A stretch of DNA of 64,000 bases from positions 15,978-79,977 of the forward strand of contig CAYOAZ010000092.1 of the NCBI GenBank assembly GCA_964402285.1. The letters run 5' to 3'. The stretch comes from an uncultured Anaerolineae bacterium (lineage in GTDB: Bacteria; Chloroflexota; Anaerolineae; JAADDB01). Both the position numbers and the translations under genes were made by a program. Positions within the stretch are counted from its first letter, which is position 1, and the number at the start of each line of letters is the position of its first letter. This document shows, piece after piece, positions 55,124 to 64,000 of the stretch. The notes below the pieces were generated by a model, which saw only the letters and a list, made by a program, of their open reading frames with translations, was not told the DNA's origin and made no database searches.

Positions 55124-56426
55124 CGTTCTCCTCCTCGGTGGTTAGAAGTGTGCCGACCAATCTTTCTCCCTCCACAACCTGGGTCAGGTGTGTGGGGAGT
55201 ATGCGATTGTACAGGTCTACCCCGCGAGGGGCTGGCGTAAGTACTCGAAGGTAGTTATCCGTCAAGCCCGACCAGATACGTTGTTCCTCATTTTCCTGGA
55301 CAACCGTCTCGTAGAGGACCGGGCGGACGGTTTGAAGGTATGCGTGAAGGTGGCGGCGCTTCATGTCTCGCATGACTTCGTGCATGATGCGACTGCGCTG
55401 CTTTTTCACCTCTGGCGGGACGTGGTGGGGAAGGCGAACGGCTGGAGTGCCCTCTCGTGGGGAGTATGTGAAGATGTGCATGTGGGCAAAACCCATTTGT
55501 TCGACAAAGGCTAGGGACGTGGCAAATTCTTTCTCATCTTCACCGGGAAATCCCACGATAATGTCGGTGGTAATGGTGACATGGGGGATGCGTGCCCGCG
55601 CTTCCTCTACCAGGCGGGCGAACTCCGCGGTGGTGTAGCGTCGGCCCATGCGGCGCAATGTGGCATCGCATCCACTCTGCAAGGGAAGGTGCAAGTGCGG
55701 CATCAGGCGGCCCCCACTCTCCTCCCAGAGATCGAAGAAGGACGGGGGGATGTCCCACGGTTCTAAGGAACTCAAGCGCAGTCGTTCCACATCGGTGTGA
55801 TCCAGAATGGCGCGTACTAAGTCGGCCAGTGTGACGCCTAGCCCGTGTCCGTATCCTCCCAGGTGGACGCCGGTCAGGACGACCTCGCGATAGCCCGCGG
55901 TTACTAGGTCCTGGATCTCGGCGACCACCTCAGGGATGGGGCGGCTGCGTTCTGGTCCCCGCAGGATGGAGACTATGCAGAACGTGCAGTGGTTGTTGCA
56001 CCCATCCTGTACTTTGACGAATGCTCGGGTGCGCGTCCGGGGTAATGGGTGGGCAGGGTCTATGTGAGCAGGGTGTTCCCCTTGGGCAAATGTGCGGATG
56101 ACTTTGTCGACCAGGTGATCCTTTTCCCGGTTTCCTATGACCAGGGCGACTCCGGGAATTGACGCGGATGTCGTGGGGTCGAACTGGGCGTAACACCCTG
56201 CCAGGACAATGGCTGCTTGAGGATTACGTCGGTGCAGGCGTCGGACCACTTGGCGGGATTGGCGACCTGCCTCCCCGGTCACCGCGCACGAGTTCAGGAT
56301 GCACACTGTGGCATCCTCCGGCCTTTCCACAACGGGGTACCCGCGGCGGATGAACTCCCTTTTCCAGGATTCAATTTCTGCTTCGTTAAGCCTACAGCCG
56401 AGAAAATCCAAAAAGACGCGCATCAT
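55083..56426 (-). CDS. mtaB: radical-SAM methylthiotransferase, MtaB/MiaB family, with TRAM domain
   Basis: MRVFLDFLGCRLNEAEIESWK (UPF0004 N-domain Cys); CNNHCTFCIV (radical SAM CxxxCxxC); C-terminal TRAM-like. ORF-track start at 56567 is probably too early; ATG-ATG at 56426/56423. Confidence 0.8.
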   Translation of the reverse strand: MMRVFLDFLGCRLNEAEIESWKREFIRRGYPVVERPEDATVCILNSCAVTGEAGRQSRQVVRRLHRRNPQAAIVLAGCYAQFDPTTSASIPGVALVIGNREKDHLVDKVIRTFAQGEHPAHIDPAHPLPRTRTRAFVKVQDGCNNHCTFCIVSILRGPERSRPIPEVVAEIQDLVTAGYREVVLTGVHLGGYGHGLGVTLADLVRAILDHTDVERLRLSSLEPWDIPPSFFDLWEESGGRLMPHLHLPLQSGCDATLRRMGRRYTTAEFARLVEEARARIPHVTITTDIIVGFPGEDEKEFATSLAFVEQMGFAHMHIFTYSPREGTPAVRLPHHVPPEVKKQRSRIMHEVMRDMKRRHLHAYLQTVRPVLYETVVQENEEQRIWSGLTDNYLRVLTPAPRGVDLYNRILPTHLTQVVEGERLVGTLLTTEEENDEHRLHLLPDRSR

Positions 56427-56886
56427 GCTTCGAAAATGGAATCCGTTCGTGTAGTATGTTCGTGTAGGATTTTTACCACAGTTGAACGTTGTTTTCCTGT
56501 CAGGAAAATCCGCCAGGAATGGGTTTGTGAGCCTTGCAAGTATGTCTGCAGGGCGAGTATTTCGCAATGGAAATGTGCAGTGTGTTGCTCTATTCTCCTA
56601 TTATCTGGTTCACGTCTGCCCTGCCTTCATGGGAGTATGCTTCTGTCCCCTGGGCCGACCTTCAAGGCATACGTTGGGGATCATAACATGGATTTTCGCA
56701 CTTTGGAAACACTATGTTGGGCGGGGTACAGGAGGGCTTTCGTTACTTTTGGGAGTGAACCAGCCAGGGAGGAGGTTATTTTTTGCCGGGTTCGATTGCG
56801 TTTTGCGCGTCATCATCTTCTTGCTAAAATACGGGGTACACGTTTTACATTGACTTCAAGGGGTTTTACAAACGAGGGGAGTGGCC

Positions 56887-57387
56887 ATGAGCAAGAATGA
56901 AGTAAGTCGTTCCGCGAACAACGAGGATGTGGTCTACCTTACTCGCGAGGGGTATCAGCGTTTACAGGAACGGTTAGAATATCTGATCAAAGTCCGCCGC
57001 CCTCAGGTGGCCGAACAGATTCGTGAGGCCAAGGCCATGGGGGATATTTCTGAGAACGCGGGGTACGATGAGGCGAAGAACGCCCAGGCGTTTTTGGAAG
57101 GCGAGATTGCAGAACTGGAATGGAAGTTGAAACACGCGGTCATCATCGAGGATGAGGGCGTACACGGTGAGGTGGCACTGGGTTCCCAGGTGACAGTGCG
57201 GGATGAGGAATCCGGGCTTGAGGAGACATACACGATTGTGGGCTCCGCTGAAGCCGATCCGTTTGATGGCCGCATTTCCAATGAATCTCCGGTAGGAAAG
57301 GCGCTGATGGGGCACCGCGAGGGTGATGTGGTGGAAGTGGAAACGCCTGGCGGGACGTTTCGCATGCGCATTCTGAGCATTCGATAA
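56887..57387 (+). CDS. greA: transcription elongation factor GreA
   Basis: LTREGYQRLQERLEYLIKVRRPQVAEQIREAKAMGDISENAGYDEAKNAQAFLEGEIAELEWKL...C-terminal FKBP-like. RBS GAGGGGAG before ATG at 56887. Confidence 0.9.
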   Translation: MSKNEVSRSANNEDVVYLTREGYQRLQERLEYLIKVRRPQVAEQIREAKAMGDISENAGYDEAKNAQAFLEGEIAELEWKLKHAVIIEDEGVHGEVALGSQVTVRDEESGLEETYTIVGSAEADPFDGRISNESPVGKALMGHREGDVVEVETPGGTFRMRILSIR

Positions 57388-57409
57388 CGAACACATAAGG
57401 GGGCTTTTC

Positions 57410-58948
57410 ATGGATTTGGGAGCAGTCACCGAACAGGAATTTGTGCGGCGTCAGAAGTTAGAGGAGTTGCGCGCTCGTGGCATTGACCCGTATCCAGCCC
57501 GCTGTGAACGCACCCACACGGCAAAGCAGGCAAAAGCGGCTTTTGAACGGGGCGAATTGGGGCCGGAGGATGAGGTTGCCCTTGTAGGGCGCATGGTCAC
57601 CCGCCGTATCATGGGCAAAGCCTCCTTTGCTCATATTGAGGATGGGAGTGGACGCATCCAGATTTATATTCGGCGGGATGTCGTCGGTGATGAGACGTAC
57701 AATTGGTTCTTCAAGAAGATGCTTGACCTGGGAGACATCATCGGGGTCAAGGGCCCGATCTTCCGCACTCGTACCGGGGAGATCACGTGTGAAGTGCGGG
57801 AGATTTCCATTTTGGCCAAGACGTTACACCCTCTGCCGGATAAGTGGCATGGACTCACCGACGTTGAGACGCGATATCGGCACCGGTATGTGGACCTGAT
57901 GGTGAATCCCGAGGTGCGGGAGATCTTCATTAAACGGGCGAAACTCGTGCGGGCGTTGCGGGATTATCTGGACAGCGAAGGGTTTTTAGAGGTTGAGACG
58001 CCTATTTTGCAGCCGATTTACGGGGGGGCAGCCGCCCGTCCCTTTGTGACTTATCACAATGAACTCGACCAGGAATTATACTTGCGCATTTCCTTCGAAT
58101 TGTACTTGAAGCGCCTTATCGTGGGCGGATATGAACGCGTGTACGAAATTGGGCGGGATTTCCGCAATGAAGGCGTGTCCTTTAAGCACAATCCCGAATT
58201 CACTCAATTGGAGTTCTACGAGGCGTACACCGATTATGAAGGTGTTATGCGCCGTGCCGAGGAGATGATTTCCTACGCGGTGAAACAGGTGACCGGGTCG
58301 TACACCCTTGTTTATCAGGGCCATGAGATAGACGTCTCTCCCCCGTGGGAGCGTGTGCCCCTGCGGGATATTATCAAGGAGAAGACCGGCATTGACATTA
58401 TGGCTCACCGAGATGCCGAGAGTTTGCGGCGGGCCATTCAGGATATCGGAGGAAATCCCAATCCCACCGCGGGTTGGGGAAAGTTAGTGGACGGGTTACT
58501 CTCCTCGTACGTGGAGGAGACGCTCATCCAACCTACGTTTCTCATTGACTATCCGGTGGACATTTCTCCCCTGGCCAAGCGCTCTCCTGTGTGGCCTGAT
58601 ATCGCGGAGCGTTTTGAAGGGTTCATGGGCGGGATGGAGATCTGCAACGCGTTTAGTGAATTGAACGATCCGCTTGACCAGTTGGATCGATTCTTAGAGC
58701 AGCGTCAGGCCCGCGAGGCGGGCGATGAAGAGGCCCATCCTATTGATGAGGATTTTATTCTGGCTTTGCGTTTTGGCCTGCCGCCGACGGGCGGCTTTGG
58801 CATGGGGATCGACCGGCTTACCATGATTGTGACGGATAAACCCTCCATTCGGGAGGTGATCCTGTTCCCTCACCTGCGCACAAAGGGTCAGGTCTCTCAC
58901 CTAGACGAACTCATTGCCTTGCGGAACGGCGAACCTCCCAGAACGTGA
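57410..58948 (+). CDS. lysS: lysine--tRNA ligase (class II)
   Basis: OB anticodon-binding N-domain; motif 2/3 region ...FLEVETPILQPIYGGAAARPFVTYHNELDQELYLRISFELYLKRLIVGGYERVYEIGRDFRNEG.... Confidence 0.95.
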   Translation: MDLGAVTEQEFVRRQKLEELRARGIDPYPARCERTHTAKQAKAAFERGELGPEDEVALVGRMVTRRIMGKASFAHIEDGSGRIQIYIRRDVVGDETYNWFFKKMLDLGDIIGVKGPIFRTRTGEITCEVREISILAKTLHPLPDKWHGLTDVETRYRHRYVDLMVNPEVREIFIKRAKLVRALRDYLDSEGFLEVETPILQPIYGGAAARPFVTYHNELDQELYLRISFELYLKRLIVGGYERVYEIGRDFRNEGVSFKHNPEFTQLEFYEAYTDYEGVMRRAEEMISYAVKQVTGSYTLVYQGHEIDVSPPWERVPLRDIIKEKTGIDIMAHRDAESLRRAIQDIGGNPNPTAGWGKLVDGLLSSYVEETLIQPTFLIDYPVDISPLAKRSPVWPDIAERFEGFMGGMEICNAFSELNDPLDQLDRFLEQRQAREAGDEEAHPIDEDFILALRFGLPPTGGFGMGIDRLTMIVTDKPSIREVILFPHLRTKGQVSHLDELIALRNGEPPRT

Positions 58949-58961
58949 GCGGGGTTGTGTG

Positions 58962-58997
58962 CGCGGGCCGGGCGTTTTGAGGACTGTCCGGCCCGCG
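58962..58997. terminator. GC-rich hairpin (CGCGGGCCGG...CCGGCCCGCG) exactly between the convergent lysS and histidine-kinase stop codons; candidate bidirectional terminator
   Basis: 10-bp inverted repeat seen directly. The loop is ~16 nt and U-tracts are weak, so confidence is low. Confidence 0.35.
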
Positions 58998-61226
58998 TTA
59001 TGTGTAGAAGTCCAGGCCCTCGTCTGTCGCGGGCAGACGTTTGGGCAGTTCAATGTAGAATGTGCTCCCCTTGCCTACCTCGCTTTCAACCCAGATGCGA
59101 CCTCCGTGCCGTTCCACAATGTGCTTGCAAATGGTGAGTCCCAACCCGGCTCCGCGGTAAGCGCGCCGCTCACTGGCATCTACCTGGTAGAACCGGTCGA
59201 AGATGCGATCCCGTTCGGATTCGGGGATGCCAATGCCCGTGTCCTGGACCCACAATTGGACTCGGTCCTCCAGGTCCCGACCATCGATGGTGACCCTTCC
59301 TCCGGAGGGGGTGAATTTGATGGCGTTCTCCACGAGATTGGTGATGACCTGTTCCATCCGCATGTAGTCTCCCTGGATGTCGGGGAAATCATCTGGCAGG
59401 TGCGTGGTTAGGTGGAGCCCTTTCTCCTCCGCGAGGGGGGTGAGTTTCTGTACCACGCCAGCCGCAATGGCAGCCAGGGAAATTTCCTCCACGTGAAGGC
59501 GGAGTTGTCCGGCTTCCAGTCGGGAGAAGACGAGCAGATCGTCGATCATGCGCTGCAAGACCTGAGTCTGTTCCTTCACGGTTGTCAGGAAGTCCGCTTG
59601 CAAATCCGTAATGGGGCCAGCCTTGCCCATGCGGATGATCTCAACAAATCCTTTGATGGAATGAAGTGGAGTTTTTAACTCGTGACTGACTACAGAGAGG
59701 AAGTTGCTCTTCATCTTTTCCAGTTCTTTTTGGGCTGTAATATCTCGCAGGACAGTAACCACTCCGCGTGCTATTTGACCCGGCCCTACCACCGCGGACG
59801 CGACTGCTTGGAAGGTGCGCGGTTTCTCGCCAGGGAATTCGAAGGTGATGTCTCGCATAATGACGGGTTCTTCTTGGGTGAACACATCCCGCATTACCTC
59901 CAGGAGTTCTTGGTTGTCGATTACTGAGGCGAGGGGAAGTCCCTCCGGAGCGGGCGGCATGTGAAGGGTGTGGATAGCTACGGGGTTGGCCATGAGGATG
60001 TTGAGGTTGGCATCGGTCACAATGACCGCATCGCCAATGCCCTGGAGCACGGCTTCCAACTCCTGACGTTGCTCTAACACGTTTTCGTACAACCGAGCGT
60101 TTTCAATGGCCGTAGCAGCCAGGAATGCGAAACTTTCGGCCAGTTGTTCCTGTCGTTCGTTCAACGGGTCCTGCGCAATAGGGCCGGTAACGACGAGCAC
60201 TGCTACAAGGCGGCCGCGAGTGACCAGTGGGATGGCAAACAGGTGTTCACATTGCCATCGGGATTGGAGGAGGCGCACAAGGGCATTGGAGGCATATTGC
60301 GGGTCTTTTGTCTGAATTAGTTGGGGGGATGCCTGGCTAAGGGAGGCGAATAAGGTGCCCGTAGGTTCTACAGACAAGGGGTCGGGCAGCAGGGAGATGT
60401 CTTCAAGGTATGCCAGGTACCAGGTGGTGCGGTGATCGGGGATAAGGAAGATGGCCACGTGGTTTGCGTTAAACAGTTCTTTGGCCCGTCGGCCAATGAC
60501 GTCCAGCGTTTCTTCCAGGTGCAGGGACAGAGAGAGGTGATGGGCGATCTCTTGTAGGGCCCGAAGTTCCAGGACTCGAGCCCCTAAATCCGACGCGGTT
60601 TGTTGCAGGATGGCTGTTTGGTGGGCAAGGTCTTCTCGTTCACGGGCCAGGGCTTCGTGCAGGGTGTGGATGTAACGGGCAATCCCCCATCCTCCCAGCG
60701 TCAGGAGGAGGATCAACAGGTAGGTTTGTTGGAATCCCTGGTCCAAGAGGAAGGCGAATGTGTGGCTACGCAGGTAGGCAATGCCCAGGTACAGGGGGCC
60801 GACGAGAAAGGCGAAGAGGTACCAGGTAGGTTGAAACGCGGCCAGAATCGCCTGTTTGCCCACCCATGGGATAAAAAGCCACGCGCTGATGCCGGTGATT
60901 GAATCGCTCCGGTACAGGATGTAGCCCACAAAGGCCATGTCCATTCCTTGGAGGACTGCTAGTGGCCATTGGATATGCTTGTGGGGGCGTTTGATGAACA
61001 GGATGCCAACGCTTCCCAGGGCGAACAGGAGGTATAACCACCAGGCCCAGGATCTTCCCCCCTGGAAGATGTGGGAAGCACCTCCGTGCCAGATCCACAG
61101 GGCCATTAACGCGTATCCCAATCGGAGGGGGATCCCAATCTGACGTTCCACTTTGAGCCAGTGGCCCCACGGTTGTGTTGTTTCGATGGTTTGGATGTGG
61201 AGGTTACGCTCGTTCCCCGTTTTCAT
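58998..61226 (-). CDS. sensor histidine kinase: N-terminal multi-TM sensor domain, GAF, PAS, HisKA, HATPase_c
   Basis: ~8 TM helices in the first 200 aa; GAF-like block; PAS ...VIVTDANLNILMANP...; H-box LSVVSHELKTPLHSIKGF; N/G boxes ...NLVENAIKFT...GGRVTI...QDTGIGIP...GAGLGLTICK. Confidence 0.8.
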   Translation of the reverse strand: MKTGNERNLHIQTIETTQPWGHWLKVERQIGIPLRLGYALMALWIWHGGASHIFQGGRSWAWWLYLLFALGSVGILFIKRPHKHIQWPLAVLQGMDMAFVGYILYRSDSITGISAWLFIPWVGKQAILAAFQPTWYLFAFLVGPLYLGIAYLRSHTFAFLLDQGFQQTYLLILLLTLGGWGIARYIHTLHEALAREREDLAHQTAILQQTASDLGARVLELRALQEIAHHLSLSLHLEETLDVIGRRAKELFNANHVAIFLIPDHRTTWYLAYLEDISLLPDPLSVEPTGTLFASLSQASPQLIQTKDPQYASNALVRLLQSRWQCEHLFAIPLVTRGRLVAVLVVTGPIAQDPLNERQEQLAESFAFLAATAIENARLYENVLEQRQELEAVLQGIGDAVIVTDANLNILMANPVAIHTLHMPPAPEGLPLASVIDNQELLEVMRDVFTQEEPVIMRDITFEFPGEKPRTFQAVASAVVGPGQIARGVVTVLRDITAQKELEKMKSNFLSVVSHELKTPLHSIKGFVEIIRMGKAGPITDLQADFLTTVKEQTQVLQRMIDDLLVFSRLEAGQLRLHVEEISLAAIAAGVVQKLTPLAEEKGLHLTTHLPDDFPDIQGDYMRMEQVITNLVENAIKFTPSGGRVTIDGRDLEDRVQLWVQDTGIGIPESERDRIFDRFYQVDASERRAYRGAGLGLTICKHIVERHGGRIWVESEVGKGSTFYIELPKRLPATDEGLDFYT

Positions 61227-61236
61227 AATCTATCTC

Positions 61237-62643
61237 TCATCGTTCCGGTGGTGGTCCAGGTGTGCGTGTGGGTGTGGGGGTGGGTATCGGTGTTGGCGTA
61301 AGGGTGGGTTCAGGGGTTTGATACGGTGTTGGCGTGGGGGTGGGCATGGGAGTGGGTGTGGGTGCAGGCGGAGGTGGTGGGGTCGGGGTGGGATTGTAGG
61401 GTGTGGGCGTCGGCGTGATTGGTGGTTTGGGGGTGGGGGTAGGTGTTGGAGTTGGGATAATGGTCGGGGTGGGAGTCGAGGTGAAGGTGGCGGTAGGAGT
61501 GGGGGTGTTGGTCACGGTGGGAGTTGGGGTGGTTGTAGGTGTGTGTGTTGGGGTGGGGGTGGCGGTGGGGGTGGGTTCCACGGGTGTAGGTGATGGGGTG
61601 TGTGTGGCTGTGGGGGTGGGGGTGGGCGTGGGCGCGGGAAGTGTTTCTTCAAGTGTCCAAAGGCCGTCAGTGCTAAACGCGTAAAGCCGTCCTGGATCGA
61701 CGGCGTCCGCCCGGATCCCGCGCGCGCGAATTTCCCCTCCCTGGTAGACGTTCGTCCAGGTTGATGCAGTGGGACCGTGGCGCCATATGCGTCCGTCGCT
61801 GTCCAGTACGTACACGACGTTTTGGTATATGGGAGCTACGGCCAGGTCAACGGCTTGGGTTGGGAATTGCAGGTCGTTCCATGTGACACCCCAATCGCTG
61901 CTGCGCCAGAGGTGTCCGTCTGCAATGACGTACAGGGGCCCTCCTGGGAGGGGGGCTACGGCGATGCGGGATATCGATCCTAATGCCTGGGCAATGGGTT
62001 CCCAGGTTGTTCCCCCGTCCTGACTGCGCTGGAGGTGGTCGGTGAGGAGGAAGAGGGTGTCGTGATGTGCGGGAAGGGAGAGGAGGGCGCGAACGGGGGG
62101 CTTTTGCCATTTGTGGAGAATGTGCCATTCGTTCTGGTCGTTTTTGTGCCACAATGTGGTGCCCCAAGCGATGTACATTCCGTTTTCCGCTGGAGCGACA
62201 GCCAGTCGCTTTGCGGCTGTCGCGGCAAAGGTGCGAACTTTTACCCATTGGTCGTGGTCTACTAGTTGATAGAGGGTCATGCCTCGGGGGGTGTCCAGCA
62301 TGATGTAGAGGGATCGGGCATCCCTGGGGTCCAGGGCGAAGGTGAGGGATACCAGGGGGTGGGATCTGAGTGGGGGAAGGGTTTGCTCCAGGGGTGGGGA
62401 CCAGGTTCGGCCGTTGTCCAGGCTGCGCCGCAAGCCAACGGCCGGACCCCACAGGTAAAGCCAGGAGAGTCCCTCGTGTATGCCTGTTTCCATGCAGGAG
62501 ATTTCCAGGCCGCGAAAGGCTTGGGGGTGCAGTGAGGTGTTTTGGGTGTGCGCGTGCAGTATCCCCACGATGAATGGGGCCAAAAAGAGGACCAGTCCAA
62601 CGAGCATGATGATAACGTCTTGCCTGTTTCTGTCAGGTTGCAC
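61237..62643 (-). CDS. secreted/anchored BNR (Asp-box) repeat beta-propeller protein with ~130-aa Pro/Thr-rich C-terminal tail
   Basis: N-terminal anchor [19 protein letters not shown]. Asp-box-like [24 protein letters not shown]. Tail [17 protein letters not shown]...RTPGPPPER. Confidence 0.6.
   Translation of the reverse strand: MQPDRNRQDVIIMLVGLVLFLAPFIVGILHAHTQNTSLHPQAFRGLEISCMETGIHEGLSWLYLWGPAVGLRRSLDNGRTWSPPLEQTLPPLRSHPLVSLTFALDPRDARSLYIMLDTPRGMTLYQLVDHDQWVKVRTFAATAAKRLAVAPAENGMYIAWGTTLWHKNDQNEWHILHKWQKPPVRALLSLPAHHDTLFLLTDHLQRSQDGGTTWEPIAQALGSISRIAVAPLPGGPLYVIADGHLWRSSDWGVTWNDLQFPTQAVDLAVAPIYQNVVYVLDSDGRIWRHGPTASTWTNVYQGGEIRARGIRADAVDPGRLYAFSTDGLWTLEETLPAPTPTPTPTATHTPSPTPVEPTPTATPTPTHTPTTTPTPTVTNTPTPTATFTSTPTPTIIPTPTPTPTPKPPITPTPTPYNPTPTPPPPPAPTPTPMPTPTPTPYQTPEPTLTPTPIPTPTPTRTPGPPPER
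61240..61640. repeat. low-complexity G+T-rich DNA (GGTGKGG-type repeats) encoding the PT tail on the opposite strand; multiple G-runs
   Basis: Seen directly. For example GGGGGTGGGGGTGGGCGTGGG, four G-runs of at least 3, is compatible with a G-quadruplex. Confidence 0.7.
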
Positions 62644-62652
62644 GGTACACCT

Positions 62653-63987
62653 TTACCGTTCCGGCGTGGGTGTAAACGTGGGTGTAGGTTTGGGTGTCCA
62701 CGTGGGCGTGGGTGTAGGTGGTGGCGGCGGTGGCGGCGGTAACGGTGTGGGGGTGGATGTTGGTGTGAAGGTGGGGGTGGCCGTAGGTGTCCATGTGGGT
62801 GTGGCTGTGGGTTGGGGCGTGGGCGTGGCCGTGGGTAAGGGGGGCATGGTGGGGGTGGGGGTAGAGGTGGGGGTGGGCGCGGGAGCCAGGGCGGCCAGTA
62901 GACGGTCTACCTGGGCTTGGGCTTTGGGCGCATCGGGCAAGGGAAGTTGGGCAGCACGACGAAAGTACGTGAGCGCGGCTTCGTAATCCCCGGCCTGGAC
63001 TTGCGCTTCTCCCGCGTGCATCAGCGCGGTGAACAGGTACTGGAGTGCTTTCCCCGATGCATAGTCTGGACTGGCTTTGACGACCTGGTCCAGTCGCCGC
63101 GCTGCGGTTTCCCAATCTTCGTTCATGTACGCAAGGAGCCCATCCAGGTAAAGGCCGGCGAGGGCGCGTTGTTCAGACGCTTGTTTGTTGCGCGGGTGGA
63201 TGCTCAACGCGGAACCCAGGTACTGGAGGGCCAGGCGTACGGATTCGGGTTTGTCGCCCTCTTCTTTGATGAGGCGCATGCCTTCGTTGAGATAGGCGTT
63301 GAACAGGTATTCGGCTACCACATCGGGGCGGAAGTTGCGATCCAGTTGCTGAATGCGTTCAAATTCGGCGGCCGCGGCTGCCCATTTCCCCTGGTCAAAG
63401 AGTTCTTTACCTTTTTGGAAGTGAGCGTAAAGACGTTGTTGGCGTGAGACGTATACGGCCAGTTCAGCCGCGTCTTTGTACGTGCTATCAATGGCGAGAA
63501 TGGCATCCAGTTCCTGGGCCGCGGTGGCCCAATCTTCCTGTTCGATGGCTTCTTTTGCTCGCTGATACCGTTGGGAGAGGGTGTACAGTCGACGCGCTTG
63601 GCGTAAGGCGACTTTTACGGCGTCTTCGTTAGGGGCAAGGCGTTCCAGTTCTTCAAAGGAGCGGATGGCTTCTTCGTAATCCCCGGCAGCCAGGGCTGTG
63701 TACCCTTGTTCGTAAAGGGCTTGTTTTCGTTCCTCCAATTCTTTGTTGCCGAAACTGGGTACCCACCCAAGCCAGGACGCGATCATCATTACAATGGCAA
63801 TGAGCAGGAGCAACGCGCTGAGCCATAGGTGACGACCTACCCGACGTCCTTGTTGTCGTTCCAGGGATTGGGCACGTCGGCCGGGTTCGATGGCCTCTAA
63901 TTGCATGAACCAGTGTACTTCGTCAATGAGCGCGTCCACACCTTGCCAGGTTGGGTCTACCTCTTTTAATCGCGTGAAGGCCGCCAA
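62653..63987 (-). CDS. TPR-repeat protein with N-terminal cytoplasmic segment plus TM anchor and ~95-aa Pro/Thr-rich C-terminal tail (may start just beyond the window edge)
   Basis: TM LWLSALLLLIAIVMMIASWLGWV. TPR-like helical repeats (ALAAGDYEEAIRSFEELERLAPN..., ...QAGDYEAALTYFRRAAQL). Tail ...[40 protein letters not shown]. Confidence 0.6.
   Translation of the reverse strand: MAAFTRLKEVDPTWQGVDALIDEVHWFMQLEAIEPGRRAQSLERQQGRRVGRHLWLSALLLLIAIVMMIASWLGWVPSFGNKELEERKQALYEQGYTALAAGDYEEAIRSFEELERLAPNEDAVKVALRQARRLYTLSQRYQRAKEAIEQEDWATAAQELDAILAIDSTYKDAAELAVYVSRQQRLYAHFQKGKELFDQGKWAAAAAEFERIQQLDRNFRPDVVAEYLFNAYLNEGMRLIKEEGDKPESVRLALQYLGSALSIHPRNKQASEQRALAGLYLDGLLAYMNEDWETAARRLDQVVKASPDYASGKALQYLFTALMHAGEAQVQAGDYEAALTYFRRAAQLPLPDAPKAQAQVDRLLAALAPAPTPTSTPTPTMPPLPTATPTPQPTATPTWTPTATPTFTPTSTPTPLPPPPPPPPTPTPTWTPKPTPTFTPTPER
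62656..62940. repeat. low-complexity G+T-rich DNA encoding the second PT tail
   Basis: GTGGGTGTAGG/GTGGCGGCGG-type repeats seen directly. Confidence 0.65.
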
Positions 63988-64000
63988 GGCGGTTTCCCAG

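Noticed and set aside
56427-56567. N-terminal 47-aa extension of the mtaB ORF (start at 56567)
   Set aside because: The conserved MTTase N-terminus begins at MRVFLDFLGC (ATG-ATG at 56426/56423). The extension lies in the AT-rich intergenic region.
61153-61684. Plus-strand ORFs encoding G/W/R/V-rich polypeptides (61153-61593; 61403-61684) and similar at 62480-62986
   Set aside because: These are the reverse strand of the PT-tail coding repeats. Low-complexity shadow frames.
61240-62940. Periodic short repeats suggestive at first glance of a CRISPR-like array
   Set aside because: There is no repeat-spacer organisation. The periodicity is codon-level (Pro-Thr repeats) inside two CDSs, and no cas genes are present.

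Overview
This is a 64 kb stretch of high-GC (about 60% or more) bacterial chromosome. It is densely coding, with about 55 CDSs on both strands and three tRNA genes (Arg-CCT, Arg-TCG, Lys-TTT). I saw no CRISPR array, transposase, integrase or rRNA. Pro/Thr-rich linkers, an F420 cofE, Rex, rnj and GldG-type ABC genes make a Chloroflexota-like origin plausible, but that is a guess. Housekeeping genes recognisable from the ORF translations include hom, clpC, rpsA, ridA, gyrA, rnj, nfo, parA/parB, sbcD, a mtaB/miaB-family methylthiotransferase, greA and lysS. There are two cell-envelope glycosylation clusters: GT4/sugar-transferase/MGDG-synthase, and a GT-C-like membrane protein plus an LCP ligase. 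A redox cluster holds Rex, UspA and a CBS protein. Regulatory genes include an ECF sigma factor, a LuxR response regulator and an orphan GAF-PAS histidine kinase. The most unusual locus sits beside tRNA-Lys at 24.2-27.5 kb. One polypeptide combines a Zn-ribbon-bearing GNAT-like domain, a soluble ABC-type ATPase and a C-terminal ASCH (PUA-like) domain. It is followed 32 nt later by a SAM methyltransferase fused to a Trm112-like zinc ribbon, and the base composition of the coding strand flips sharply between the two genes. I interpret this as a candidate, apparently undescribed, ATP-coupled RNA/translation-apparatus modification module. This is inference from domain order only. Other observations worth a second look: an ECF-sigma/DegV/small-TM-protein/FabH(C-extended) cluster, a beta-helical polytopic membrane protein directly after parAB, a PP2C-like protein with degenerate catalytic motifs fused to a beta-propeller next to an sbcD with no sbcC, paired secreted proteins with long PT tails ending in PER, and two non-coding regions with no ORF support. 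Gene starts are approximate because the ORF track uses first-in-frame ATG/GTG/TTG. All product calls come from motif recognition in the supplied translations, not from database searches.
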